A DNA stretch of 64,000 nucleotides from the human T2T-CHM13v2.0 reference genome, Homo sapiens. This document shows positions 53,201-64,000 of this stretch, in pieces (within the stretch, counting starts at the first letter, position 1; every line of letters begins with the position of its first letter). The notes beneath the pieces are model-generated. The model ran no database searches. It saw nothing but the letters and a program-made list of their open reading frames with translations, and was not told where the DNA came from. The stretch is taken from the NCBI RefSeq assembly GCF_009914755.1, contig NC_060938.1. One strand, 5' to 3'. The translations under genes were made by a program, and so were the position numbers.

Positions 53201-56200
53201 TGTCTAGATTTGATATGAAGATATTCCCGTTTCCAACGAAATCTTCAAATCTATCCAAATGTCCACTTGCAGATTCAACAAAAAGTGTTTTTCAGAACTG
53301 CTCTATCAAAAGAAAGATCCACCTCTTTTAGCTGAGTTCACACATCACAAACAAGTTTATGAGAATGCTTCTGTCTAGTTTTTATTTGAAGATATTTCCT
53401 TTCTCACCATAGACCTGAAAGCTGTCCTAATGTTCACTTCCAGATACTACAGAAAGAGTGTTTCAAAACTGCTGTACGAAAGGGAATGTTCAACTCTGTG
53501 ACTTGAATGCACACATCACAAAGAAGTTTCTGAGGATGCTGCTGTCTACTTTTTATACGTAATCCCGTTTCCAACGAAATCCTCCAAGCTATCCAAATAT
53601 CCACTTGCAGATTCCACAGAAAGACTGTTTCAAAACTGCTCTGTCAATAGAAAGTTTCAACTCTGTTAGCTGCGTGCATATATCCCAAAGAAGATTCTGA
53701 GATTGCTTCTGTCTAGTTTTTATGGGAAGATATTTCCCTTTTCACCGTAGGCGTCAAGGCGCTCCAAATGTCCACTTCCAGATACTACAAAAGAGTGTTT
53801 CAAACCTACTCTGTGAAAGGGAATATTCAACTCTGTGACTTGAATGCACATATCACAAAGAAGTTTCTGAGAATGCTTCTGTCGAGATTTTATATGAAGA
53901 TATTCCCGTTCCCAACGAAATCCTGAAATCTATCCAAATATCCCCTCGCAGATTCTACAAAAAGCGTGTTTCAAAACTGCTCTGTAAAAAGAAAGGTTCA
54001 ACTCTGTTAGTTGAGTACACACATCACAAACAAGTTTCACAGAATGCTTCTTTCTAGCTTGTAGGGGAAGATATTCCCTTTATCACCATGGGCCTCAAAC
54101 CGTCCGAAACGTCCACTTCCATATACTACAAAAAGAGCGTTTCAAACCTGCTCTATGAAAGGCAATGTTCAACTCTGTGACTTGAATGCAGACATCACAG
54201 AGCAGTTTCTGAGAATGCTTCTGTCCAGACTTTATAGGAAGATATTCCCGTTTCCAACGAAATCTTCACAGCTATCCAAATATCCACTTGCAGATACTAC
54301 AAAAAGAGTGTATCAAAAGTGCTCTGTCAAAAGGAAAGTTCTTCTCTGCTAGTTGAGTACATACGTCATAAAGAAGTTTCTGAGAATGTTTCTGTCTAGT
54401 GGTTATGGGAAGATATTTGCTTTTTCACCATAGGCCTCAGAGCGCTCAAAATGTCCACTTGCACATGCTACAAAAAGATTGCTTCAAAGCTGCTCTCTGA
54501 AAGGGAATGTTCAACCCTATCAGTTGAATGCAAACATCACAAAGACGTTTCTGAGAATGCTTCTGTCTAGATTTGATATGAAGATATTCCCGTTTCCAAC
54601 GAAATCTTCAAATCTATCCAAATGTCCACTTGCAGATTCAACAAAAAGTGTTTTTCAAAACTGCTATATCAAAAGAAAGATCCACGTCTGTTAGCTGAGT
54701 TCACACATCACAAACAAGTTTATGAGAATGCTTCTGTCTAGTTTTTATTTGAAGATATTTCCTTTCTCACCATAGACCTGAAAGCTGTCCTAATGTTCAC
54801 TTCCAGATACTACAGAAAGAGTGTTTCAAAACTGCTGTACGAAAGGGAATGTTCAACTCTGTGACTTGAATGCACACATCACAAAGAAGTTTCTGAGGAT
54901 GCTGCTGTCTACTTTTTATACGTAATCCCGTTTCCAACGAAATCCTCCATGCTATCCAAATATCCACTTGCAGATTCCACAGAAAGACTGTTTCAAAACT
55001 GCTCTGTAAATAGAAAGGTTCAACTCTGTTAGCTGTGTGCATATATCACAAAGAAAATTCTGAGATTGCTTCTGTCTAGTTTTTATGGGAAGATATTTCC
55101 CTTTTCACCGTAGGTGTCAAGGCGCTCCAAATGTCCACTTCCAGATACTACAAAAGGAGTGTTTCAAACCTACTCTGTGAAAGGGAATATTCAACTCTGT
55201 GACTTGAATGCAGATATCACAAAGAAGATTCTGAGAATGGTTCTGTCGAGATTTTATATGAAGATATTCCCGTTTCCAACGAAATCCTGAAATCTATCCA
55301 AATATCCCCTCGCAGATTCTACAAAAAGAGTGTTTCAAAACTGCTCTGTAAAAAGAAAGGTTCAACTCTGTTAGTTGAGTACACACATCACAAACAAGTT
55401 TCACAGAATGCTTCTTTCTACCTGGTAGGGGAAGATATTCCCTTTATCACCATGGGCCTCAAACCGTCCGAAACGTCCACTTCCATATACTACAAAAAGA
55501 GCGTTTCAAACCTGCTCTATGAAAGGCAATGTTCAACTCTGTGACTTGAATGCAGACATCACAGAGCAGTTTCTGAGAATGCTTCTGTCTAGATTTTATA
55601 CGAAGATATTCCCGTTTCCAACGAAATCTTCACAGCTATCCAAATATCCACTTGCAGATTCTACAAAAAGAGTGTATCAAAACTGCTCTGTCAAAAGGAA
55701 GGTTCTTCTCTGTTAGGTGAGTGCATACGTCATAAAGGAGTTTCTGAGAATGTTTCTGTCTAGTGGTTATGGGAAGATATTTGCTTTTTCACCATAGGCC
55801 TCAGAGCGCTCCAATATCCACTTGCACATACAACAAAAAGAGTGCTTCAAAGCTGCTCTCTGAAAGGGAATGTTCAACTCTATGAGTTGAATGCAAACAT
55901 CACAAAGACGTTTCTGAGAATGCTTCTGTCTAGATTTGATATGAAGATATTCCCGTTTCCAACGAAATCTTCAAATCTATCCAAATGTGCACTTGCAGAT
56001 TCAACAAAAAGTGTTTTTCAGAACTGCTCTATCAAAAGAAAGATCCACCTCTGTTAGCTGAGTTCACACATCACAAACAAGTTTATGAGAATGCTTCTGT
56101 CTAGTTTTTATTTGAAGATATTTCCTTTCTCACCATAGACCTGAAAGCTGTCCTAATGTTCACTTCCAGATACTACAGAAAGAGTGTTTCAAAACTGCTG

Positions 56201-59200
56201 TACGAAAGGGAATGTTCAACTCTGTGACTTGAATGCACACATCACAAAGAAGTTTCTGAGGATGCTGCTGTCTACTTTTTATACGTAATCCCGTTTCCAA
56301 CGAAATCCTCCAAGCTATCCAAATATCCACTTGCAGATTCCACAGAAAGACTGTTTCAAAACTGCTCTGTCAATAGAAAGGTTCAACTCTGTTAGCTGTG
56401 TCCATATATCCCAAAGAAGATTCTGAGATTGCTTCTGTCTAGTTTTTATGGGAAGATATTTCCCTTTTCACCGTAGGCGTCAAGGCGCTCCAAATGTCCA
56501 CTTCCAGATACTACAAAAAGAGTGTTTCAAACCTACTCTGTGAAAGGGAATATTCAACTCTGTGACTTGAATGCAGATATCACAAAGAAGATTCTGAGAA
56601 TGCTTCTGTCGAGATTTTATATGAAGGTATTCCCGTTCCCAACGAAATCTTGAAATCTATCCAAATATCCCCTCGCAGATTCTACAAAAAGAGTGTTTCA
56701 AAACTGCTCTGTAAAAGAAAGGTTCAACTCTGTTAGTTGAGTACACACATCACAAACAAGTTTCACAGAATGCTTCTTTCTAGCTTGTAGGGGAAGATAT
56801 TTCCTTTATCACCATGGGCCTCAAACCGTCCGAAACGTCCACTTCCATATACTAAAAAAAGAGTGTTTGAAACCTCCTCTATGAAAGGCAATGTTCAACT
56901 CTGTGACTTGAATGCAGACATCACAGAGCAGTTTCTGAGAATGCTTCTGTCCAGACTTTATAGGAAGATATTCCCGTTTCCAACGAAATCTTCACAGCTA
57001 TCCAAATATCCACTTGCAGATCCTACAAAAAGAGTGTATCAAAAAAGCTCTGTCAAAAGGAAAGTTCTTTTCTGCTAGTTGAGTACATACGTCATAAAGA
57101 AGTTTCTGAGAATGTTTCTGTCTAGTTGTTATGGGAAGATATTTGCTTTTTCCCTGTAGGCCTCAAAGCGCTCCAAATGTCCACTTGAACATACTACAAA
57201 AAGAGTGCTTCAAAGCTGCTCTCTGAAAGGGAATGTTCAACTCTATGAGTTCAATGCAAACATCACAAAGACGTTTCTGAGAATGCTTCTGTCTAGATTT
57301 GTTATGAAGATATACCCGTTTCCAACGAAATCTTCAAATCTATCCAAATGTCCACTTGCAGATTCACCAAAGTGTTTTTCAAAACTGCTGTATCAAAAGA
57401 AAGATCCACCTGTGTTAGCTGAGTTCACACTTCACAAACAAGTTTATCAGAATTCTTCTGTCTAGTTTTTATTTGAAGATATTTCCTTTCTCACCATAGA
57501 CCTGAAAGCTCTCCTAATGTTCACTTCCAGATACTACAGAAAGAGTGTTTCAAAACTGCTGTATGAAAGGGAATGTTCAACTCTGTGACTTGAATGCACA
57601 CATCACAAAGAAGTTTCTGAGGATGCTGCAGTCTACTTTTTATACGTAATCCCGTTTCCAAAGAAAACCTCCAAGCTATCCAAATATCCACTTGCAGATT
57701 CCACAGAAAGACTGTTTCAAAACTGCTCTGTCAATAGAAAGGTTCAACTCTGTTAACTCCGTGCATATATCCCAAAGAAGATTCTGAGATTGCTTCTGTC
57801 TAGTTTTTATGGGAAGATATTTCCGTTTTCACCGTAGGCGTCAAGGCGCTCCAAATGTCCACTTCCAGATACTACAAAAGAGTGTTCCAATCCTACTCTG
57901 TGAAAGGGAATATTCAACTCTGTGACTTGAATGCAGATATCACAAAGAAGTTTCTGAGAATGCTTCTGTCGAGATTTTATATGAAGATATTCCCGTTTCC
58001 AACGAAATCCTGGAATCTATCCAAATATCCCCTCGCAGATTCTACAAAAAGAGTGTTTCAAAACTGCTCTGTAAAAAGAAAGGTTCAACTCTGTTAGTTG
58101 AGTACACACATCACAAACAAGTTTCACAGAATGCTTCTTTCTAGCTTGTAGGGGAAGATATTTCCTTTATCACCATGGTCCTCAAAATGTCCGAAACGTC
58201 CACTTCCATAAACTAAAAAAAGAGTGTTTGAAACCTGCTCTATGAAAAGCAATGTTCAACTCTGTGACTTGAATGCAGACATCACAGAGCAGTTTCTGAG
58301 AATGCTTCTGTCCAGACTTTATAGGAAGATATTCCCGTTTCCAACGAAATCTTCACAGCTATCCAAATATCCACTTGCAGATACTACAAAAAGAGTGTAT
58401 CAAAAATGCTCTGTCAAAAGGAAAGTTCTTCTCTGCTAGTTGAGTACATACGTCATAAAGAAGTTTCTGAGAATGTTTCTGTCTAGTGGTTATGGGAAGA
58501 TACTTGCTTTTTCCCCGTAGGCCTCTGAGCGCTCCAAATGTCAACTTGCACATGCTACAAAAAGAGTGCTTCAAAGCTGCTCTCTGAAGCGGAATGTTCA
58601 ACTCTATGAGTTGAATGCAAACATCACAAAGACGTTTCTGAGAATGCTTCTGTCTAGATTTGATATGAAGATATTCCCGTTTCCAATGAAATCTTCAAAT
58701 CTATCCAAATGTCCACTTGCAGATTCAACAAAATGTTTTTCAAAACTGCTGTATCAAAAGAAAGATCCACCTGTGTTAGCTGAGTTCACACTTCACAAAC
58801 AAGTTTATCAGTATTCTTCTGTCTAGTTTTTATTTGAAGATATATCCTTTCTCACTATAGACCTGAAAGCTCTCCTAATGTTCACTTCCAGATACTACAG
58901 AAAGAGTGTTTCAAAACTGCTGTACGAAAGGGAAAGTTCAACTCTGTGACTTGAATGCACACATCACAAGGAAGTTTCTGAGGATGCTGCTGTCTAATTT
59001 TTATACGTAATCCCGTTTCCAACGAAATCCTCCAAGCTATCCAAATATCCACTTGCAGATTCCACAGAAAGACTGTTTCAAAACTGCTCTGTCAATAGAA
59101 AGGTTCAACTTTGTGAGCTGCGTGCATATATCCCAAAGAAGATTCTGAGATTGCTTCTGTCTAGTTTTTATGGGAAGATATTTCCCTTTTCACCGTAGGT

Positions 59201-62200
59201 GTCAAGGCGCTCCAAATGTCCACTTCCAGATACTACAAAAAGAGTGTTTCAAACCTACTCTGTGAAAGGGAATATTCAACTCTGTGACTTGAATGCACAT
59301 ATCACCAAGAAGTTTCTGAGAATGCTTCTGTCGAGATTTTATATGAAGATATGTCCGTTTCCAACGAAATCCTGAAATCTATCCAAATATCCCCTCGCAG
59401 ATTCTACAAAAAGAGTGTTTCAAAACTGCTCTGTAAAAAGAAAGGTTCAACTCTGTTAGTTGAGTACACACATCACAAACAAGTTTCACAGAATGCTTCT
59501 TTCTAGCTTGTAGGGGAAGATATTTCCTTTATCACCATGGGCCTCAAACCGTCCGAAACGTCCACTTCCATATACTAAAAAAAGAGTGTTTGAAACCTGC
59601 TCTATGAAAGGCAATGTTCAACTCTGTCACTTGAATGCAGACATCACAGAGCAGTTTCTGAGAATGCTTCTGTCCAGACTTTATAGGAAGATATTCCCGT
59701 TTCCAACGAAATCTTCACAGATATCCAAATATCCACTTGCAGATAGTACAAAAAGAGTGTATCAAAAATGCTCTGTCAAAAGGAAAGTTCTTCTCTGCTA
59801 GTTGAGTACATACGTCATAAAGAAGTTTCTGAGAATGTTTCTGTCTAGTGCTTATGGGAAGATATTTGCTTTTTCCCCGTAGGCCTCAGAGCGCTCCAAA
59901 TGTCCACTTGCGCATGCTACAAAAAGAGTGCTTCAAAGCTGCTCTCTGAAACGGAATGTTCAACTCTATGAGTTGAATGCAAACATCACAAAGATGTTTC
60001 TGAGAATGCTTCTGTCTAGATTTGATATGAAGATATTCCCGTTTCCAACGAAATCTTCAAATCTATCCAAATGTCCACTTGCAGATTCAACAAAGTGTTT
60101 TTCAAAACTGCTGTATCAAAAGAAAGATCCACCTGTGTTAGCTGAGTTCACACTTCACAAACAAGTTTATCAGAATTCTTCTGTCTAGTTTTTATTTGAA
60201 GATATTTCCTTTCTCACCATAGACCTGAAAGCTCTCCTAATGTTCACTTCCAGATACTACAGAAAGAGTGTTTCAAAACTGCTGTATGAAAGGGAATGTT
60301 CAACTCTGTGACTTGAATGCACACATCACAAAGAAGTTTCTGAGGATGCTGCAGTCTACTTTTTATACGTAATCCCGTTTCCAAAGAAAACCTCCAAGCT
60401 ATCCAAATATCCACTTGCAGATTCCACAGAAAGACTGTTTCAAAACTGCTCTGTCAATAGAAAGGTTCAACTCTGTTAACTCCGTGCATATATCCCAAAG
60501 AAGATTCTGAGATTGCTTCTGTCTAGTTTTTATGGGAAGATATTTCCCTTTACACCGTAGGCGTCAAGGCGCTCCAAATGTCCACTTCCAGATACTACAA
60601 AAGAGTGTTCCAATCCTACTCTGTGAAAGGGAATATTCAACTCTGTGACTTGAATGCAGATATCACAAAGAAGTTTCTGAGAATGCTTCTGTCGAGATTT
60701 TATATGAAGATATTCCCGTTTCCAAAGAAATCCTGGAATCTATCCAAATATCCCCTCGCAGATTCTACAAAAAGAGTGTTTCAAAACTGCTCTGTAAAAA
60801 GAAAGGTTCAACTCTGTTAGTTGAGTACACACATCACAAACAAGTTTCACAGAATGCTTCTTTCTAGCTTGTAGGGGAAGATATTTCCTTTATCACCATG
60901 GTCCTCAAAATGTCCGAAACGTCCACTTCCATAAACTAAAAAAAGAGTGTTTGAAACCTGCTCTATGAAAAGCAATGTTCAACTCTGTGACTTGAATGCA
61001 GACATCACAGAGCAGTTTCTGAGAATGCTTCTGTCCAGACTTTATAGGAAGATATTCCCGTTTCCAACGAAATCTTCACAGCTATCCAAATATCCACTTG
61101 CAGATACTACAAAAAGAGTGTATCAAAAATGCTCTGTCAAAAGGAAAGTTCTTCTCTGCTAGTTGAGTACATACGTCATAAAGAAGTTTCTGAGAATGTT
61201 TCTGTCTAGGGGTTATGGGAAGATACTTGCTTTTTCCCCGTAGGCCTCAGAGCGCTCCAAATGTCAACTTGCACATGCTACAAAAAGAGTGCTTCAAAGC
61301 TGCTCTCTGAAGCGCAATGTTCAACTCTATGAGTTGAATGCAAACATCACAAAGACGTTTCTGAGAATGCTTCTGTCTAGATTTGATATGAAGATATTCC
61401 CGTTTCCAACGAAATCTTCAAATCTATCCAAATGTCCACTTGCAGATTCAACAAAATGTTTTTCAAAACTGCTGTATCAAAAGAAAGATCCACCTGTGTT
61501 AGCTGAGTTCACACTTCACAAACAAGTTTATCAGTATTCTTCTGTCTAGTTTTTATTTGAAGATATATCCTTTCTCACTATAGACCTGAAAGCTCTCCTA
61601 ATGTTCACTTCCAGATACTACAGAAAGAGTGTTTCAAAACTGCTGTACGAAAGGGAAAGTTCAACTCTGTGACTTGAATGCACACATCACAAGGAAGTTT
61701 CTGAGGATGCTGCTGTCTAATTTTTATACGTAATCCCGTTTCCAACGAAATCCTCCAAGCTATCCAAATATCCACTTGCAGATTCCACAGAAAGACTGTT
61801 TCAAAACTGCTCTGTCAATAGAAAGGTTCAACTCTGTTAGCTGCGTGCATATATCCCAAAGAAGATTCTGAGATTGCTTCTGTCTAGTTTTTATGGGAAG
61901 ATATTTCCCTTTTCACCGTAGGTGTCAAGGCGCTCCAAATGTCCACTTCCAGATACTACAAAAAGAGTGTTTCAAACCTACTCTGTCAAAGGGAATATTC
62001 AACTCTGTGACTTGAATGCACATATCACAAAGAAGTTTCTGAGAATGCTTCTGTCGAGATTTTATATGAAGATATGCCCGTTTCCAACGAAATCCTGAAA
62101 TCTATCCAAATATCCCCTCGCAGATTCTACAAAAAGAGTGTTTCAAAACTGCTCTGTAAAAAGAAAGGTTCAACTCTGTTAGTTGAGTACACACATCACA

Positions 62201-64000
62201 AACAAGTTTCACAGAATGCTTCTTTCTACCTGGTAGGGGAAGATATTCCCTTTATCACCATGGGCCTCAAACCGTCCGAAACGTCCACTTCCATATACTA
62301 CAAAAAGAGCGTTTCAAACCTGCTCTATGAAAGGCAATGTTCAACTCTGTGACTTGAATGCAGACATCACAGAGCAGTTTCTGAGAATGCTTCTGTCTAG
62401 ATTTCATAAGAAGATATTCCCGTTTCCAACGAAATCTTCACAGCTATCCAAATATCCACTTGGAGATTCTACAAAAAGAGTGTATCAAAACTGCTCTGTC
62501 AAAAGGAAGGTTCTTCTCTGTTAGGTGAGTGCATACGTCATAAAGGAGTTTCTGAGAATGTATCTGTCTAGTGGTTATGGGAAGATATTTGCTTTTTCAC
62601 CGTAGGCCTCAGAGCGCTCCAAATATCCACTTGCACATACTACAAAAAGAGTGCTTCAAAGCTGCTCTCTGAAAGGGAATGTTCAACTCTATGAGTTGAA
62701 TGCAAACATCACAAAGACGTTTCTGAGAATGCTTCTGTCTAGATTTGATATGAAGATATTCCCGTTACCAACGAAATCTTCAAATCTATCCAAATGTCCA
62801 CTTGCAGATTCAACAAAAAGTGTTTTTCAAAACTGCTGTATCAAAAGAAAGATCCACGTCTGTTAGCTGAGTTCACACATCACAAACAAGTTTATGAGAA
62901 TGCTTCTGTCCAGTTTTTATTTGAAGATATTTCCTTTCTCACCATAGACCTGAAAGCTGTCCTAATGTTCACTTCCAGATACTACAGAAAGAGTGTTTCA
63001 AAACTGCTGTACGAAAGGGAATGTTCAACTCTGTGACTTGAATGCACACATCACAAAGAAGTTTCTGAGGATGCTGCTGTCTACTTTTTATACGTAATCC
63101 TGTTTCCAACGAAATCCTCCAAGCTATCCAAATATCCACTTGCAGATTCCACAGAAAGACTGTTTCAAAACTGCTCTGTCAATAGAAAGGTTCAACTCTG
63201 TTAGCTGCGTGCATGTATCCCAAAGAGGATTCTGAGATTGCTTCTGTCTAGTTTTTATGGGAAGATATTTCCCTTTTGACCGTAGGCGTCAAGGCGCTCC
63301 AAATGTCCACTTCCAGATACTACAAAAAGAGTGTTTCAAACCTACTCTGTGAAAGGGAATATTCAACTCTGTGACTTGAATGCAGATATCACAAAGAAGT
63401 TTCTGAGAATGCTTCTGTCGAGATTTTATATGAAGATATTCCCGTTTCCAACGAAATCCTGAAATCTATCCAAATATCCCCTCGCAGATTCTACAAAAAG
63501 CGTGTTTCAAAACTGCTCTGTAAAAAGAAAGGTTCAACTCTGTTAGTTGAGTACACACATCACAAACAAGTTTCACAGAATGCTTCTTTCTAGCTGGTAG
63601 GGGAAGATATTCCCTTTATCACCATTGGCCTCAAACCGTCCGAAACGTCCACTTCCATATACTACAAAAAGAGCGTTTCAAACCTGCTCTATGAAAGGCA
63701 ATGTTCAACTCTGTGACTTGAATGCAGACATCACAGAGCAGTTTCTGAGAATCCTTCTGTCTAGATTTTATAGGAAGATATTCCCGTTTCCAACGAAATC
63801 TTCACAGCTATCCAAATATCCACTTGCAGATTCCACAAAAAGAGTGTATCAAAAATGCTCTGTCAAAAGGAAGGTTCTTCTCTGTTAGTTGAGTACATAC
63901 GCCATAAAGGAGTTTCTGAGAATGTTTCTGTCTACTGGTTATGGGAAGATATTTGCTTTTTCACCGTAGGCCTCAGAGCGCTCCAAATATCCACTTGCAC
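50200..64000 (-). repeat. Homogeneous alpha-satellite 8-mer HOR (~1,361-1,364 bp), SF2-type dimeric, CENP-B box in alternate monomers
   Basis: 'MLQSCSLK' ORFs at 50730, 52094, 53116, 54479, 55842, 57205, 58566, 59928, 61289, 62651; continues past the window end. Chromosome not determined (a 1.36 kb SF2 unit fits chr20, 18 or 14/22). Confidence 0.96.
51519..52557 (-). promoter_or_regulatory. Four CENP-B boxes of one representative HOR unit
   Basis: TCCCGTTTCCA(A/G)CGAAA at 51519, 51861, 52203, 52541 (spacing 342, 342, 338); matches the reverse complement of NTTCGNNNNANNCGGGN. Confidence 0.93.

Overview
Primate (most likely human) pericentromere-to-centromere transition; no intact protein-coding gene and no prokaryote-type system is supported. 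1-23.4 kb is euchromatic-type, repeat-rich sequence: an old local ~2.5 kb duplication, a decayed GC-box/CCAAT promoter-like segment, MIR/L2/MaLR/Alu/DNA-transposon fossils and an old L1M. At ~23,392 alpha satellite (171-bp monomers, reverse orientation) starts abruptly and runs to the end, in layers: a relic 4-mer/8-mer block (23.4-26.5 kb); divergent A/B dimers (26.5-44.6 kb) interrupted by a near-full-length, dead L1PA2-like LINE-1 (31.3-37.3 kb); a small island of the relic type (44.6-45.2 kb); degenerate higher-order-repeat (HOR) copies (45.2-50.2 kb); and a homogeneous ~1,362-1,364 bp 8-mer HOR with CENP-B boxes in alternate monomers, including a 6-mer variant and a local 16-mer (2,723 bp). 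The best signals are structural: a readable record of HOR emergence and rearrangement. Repeat subfamily names come from recalled consensus motifs and most boundaries are approximate.
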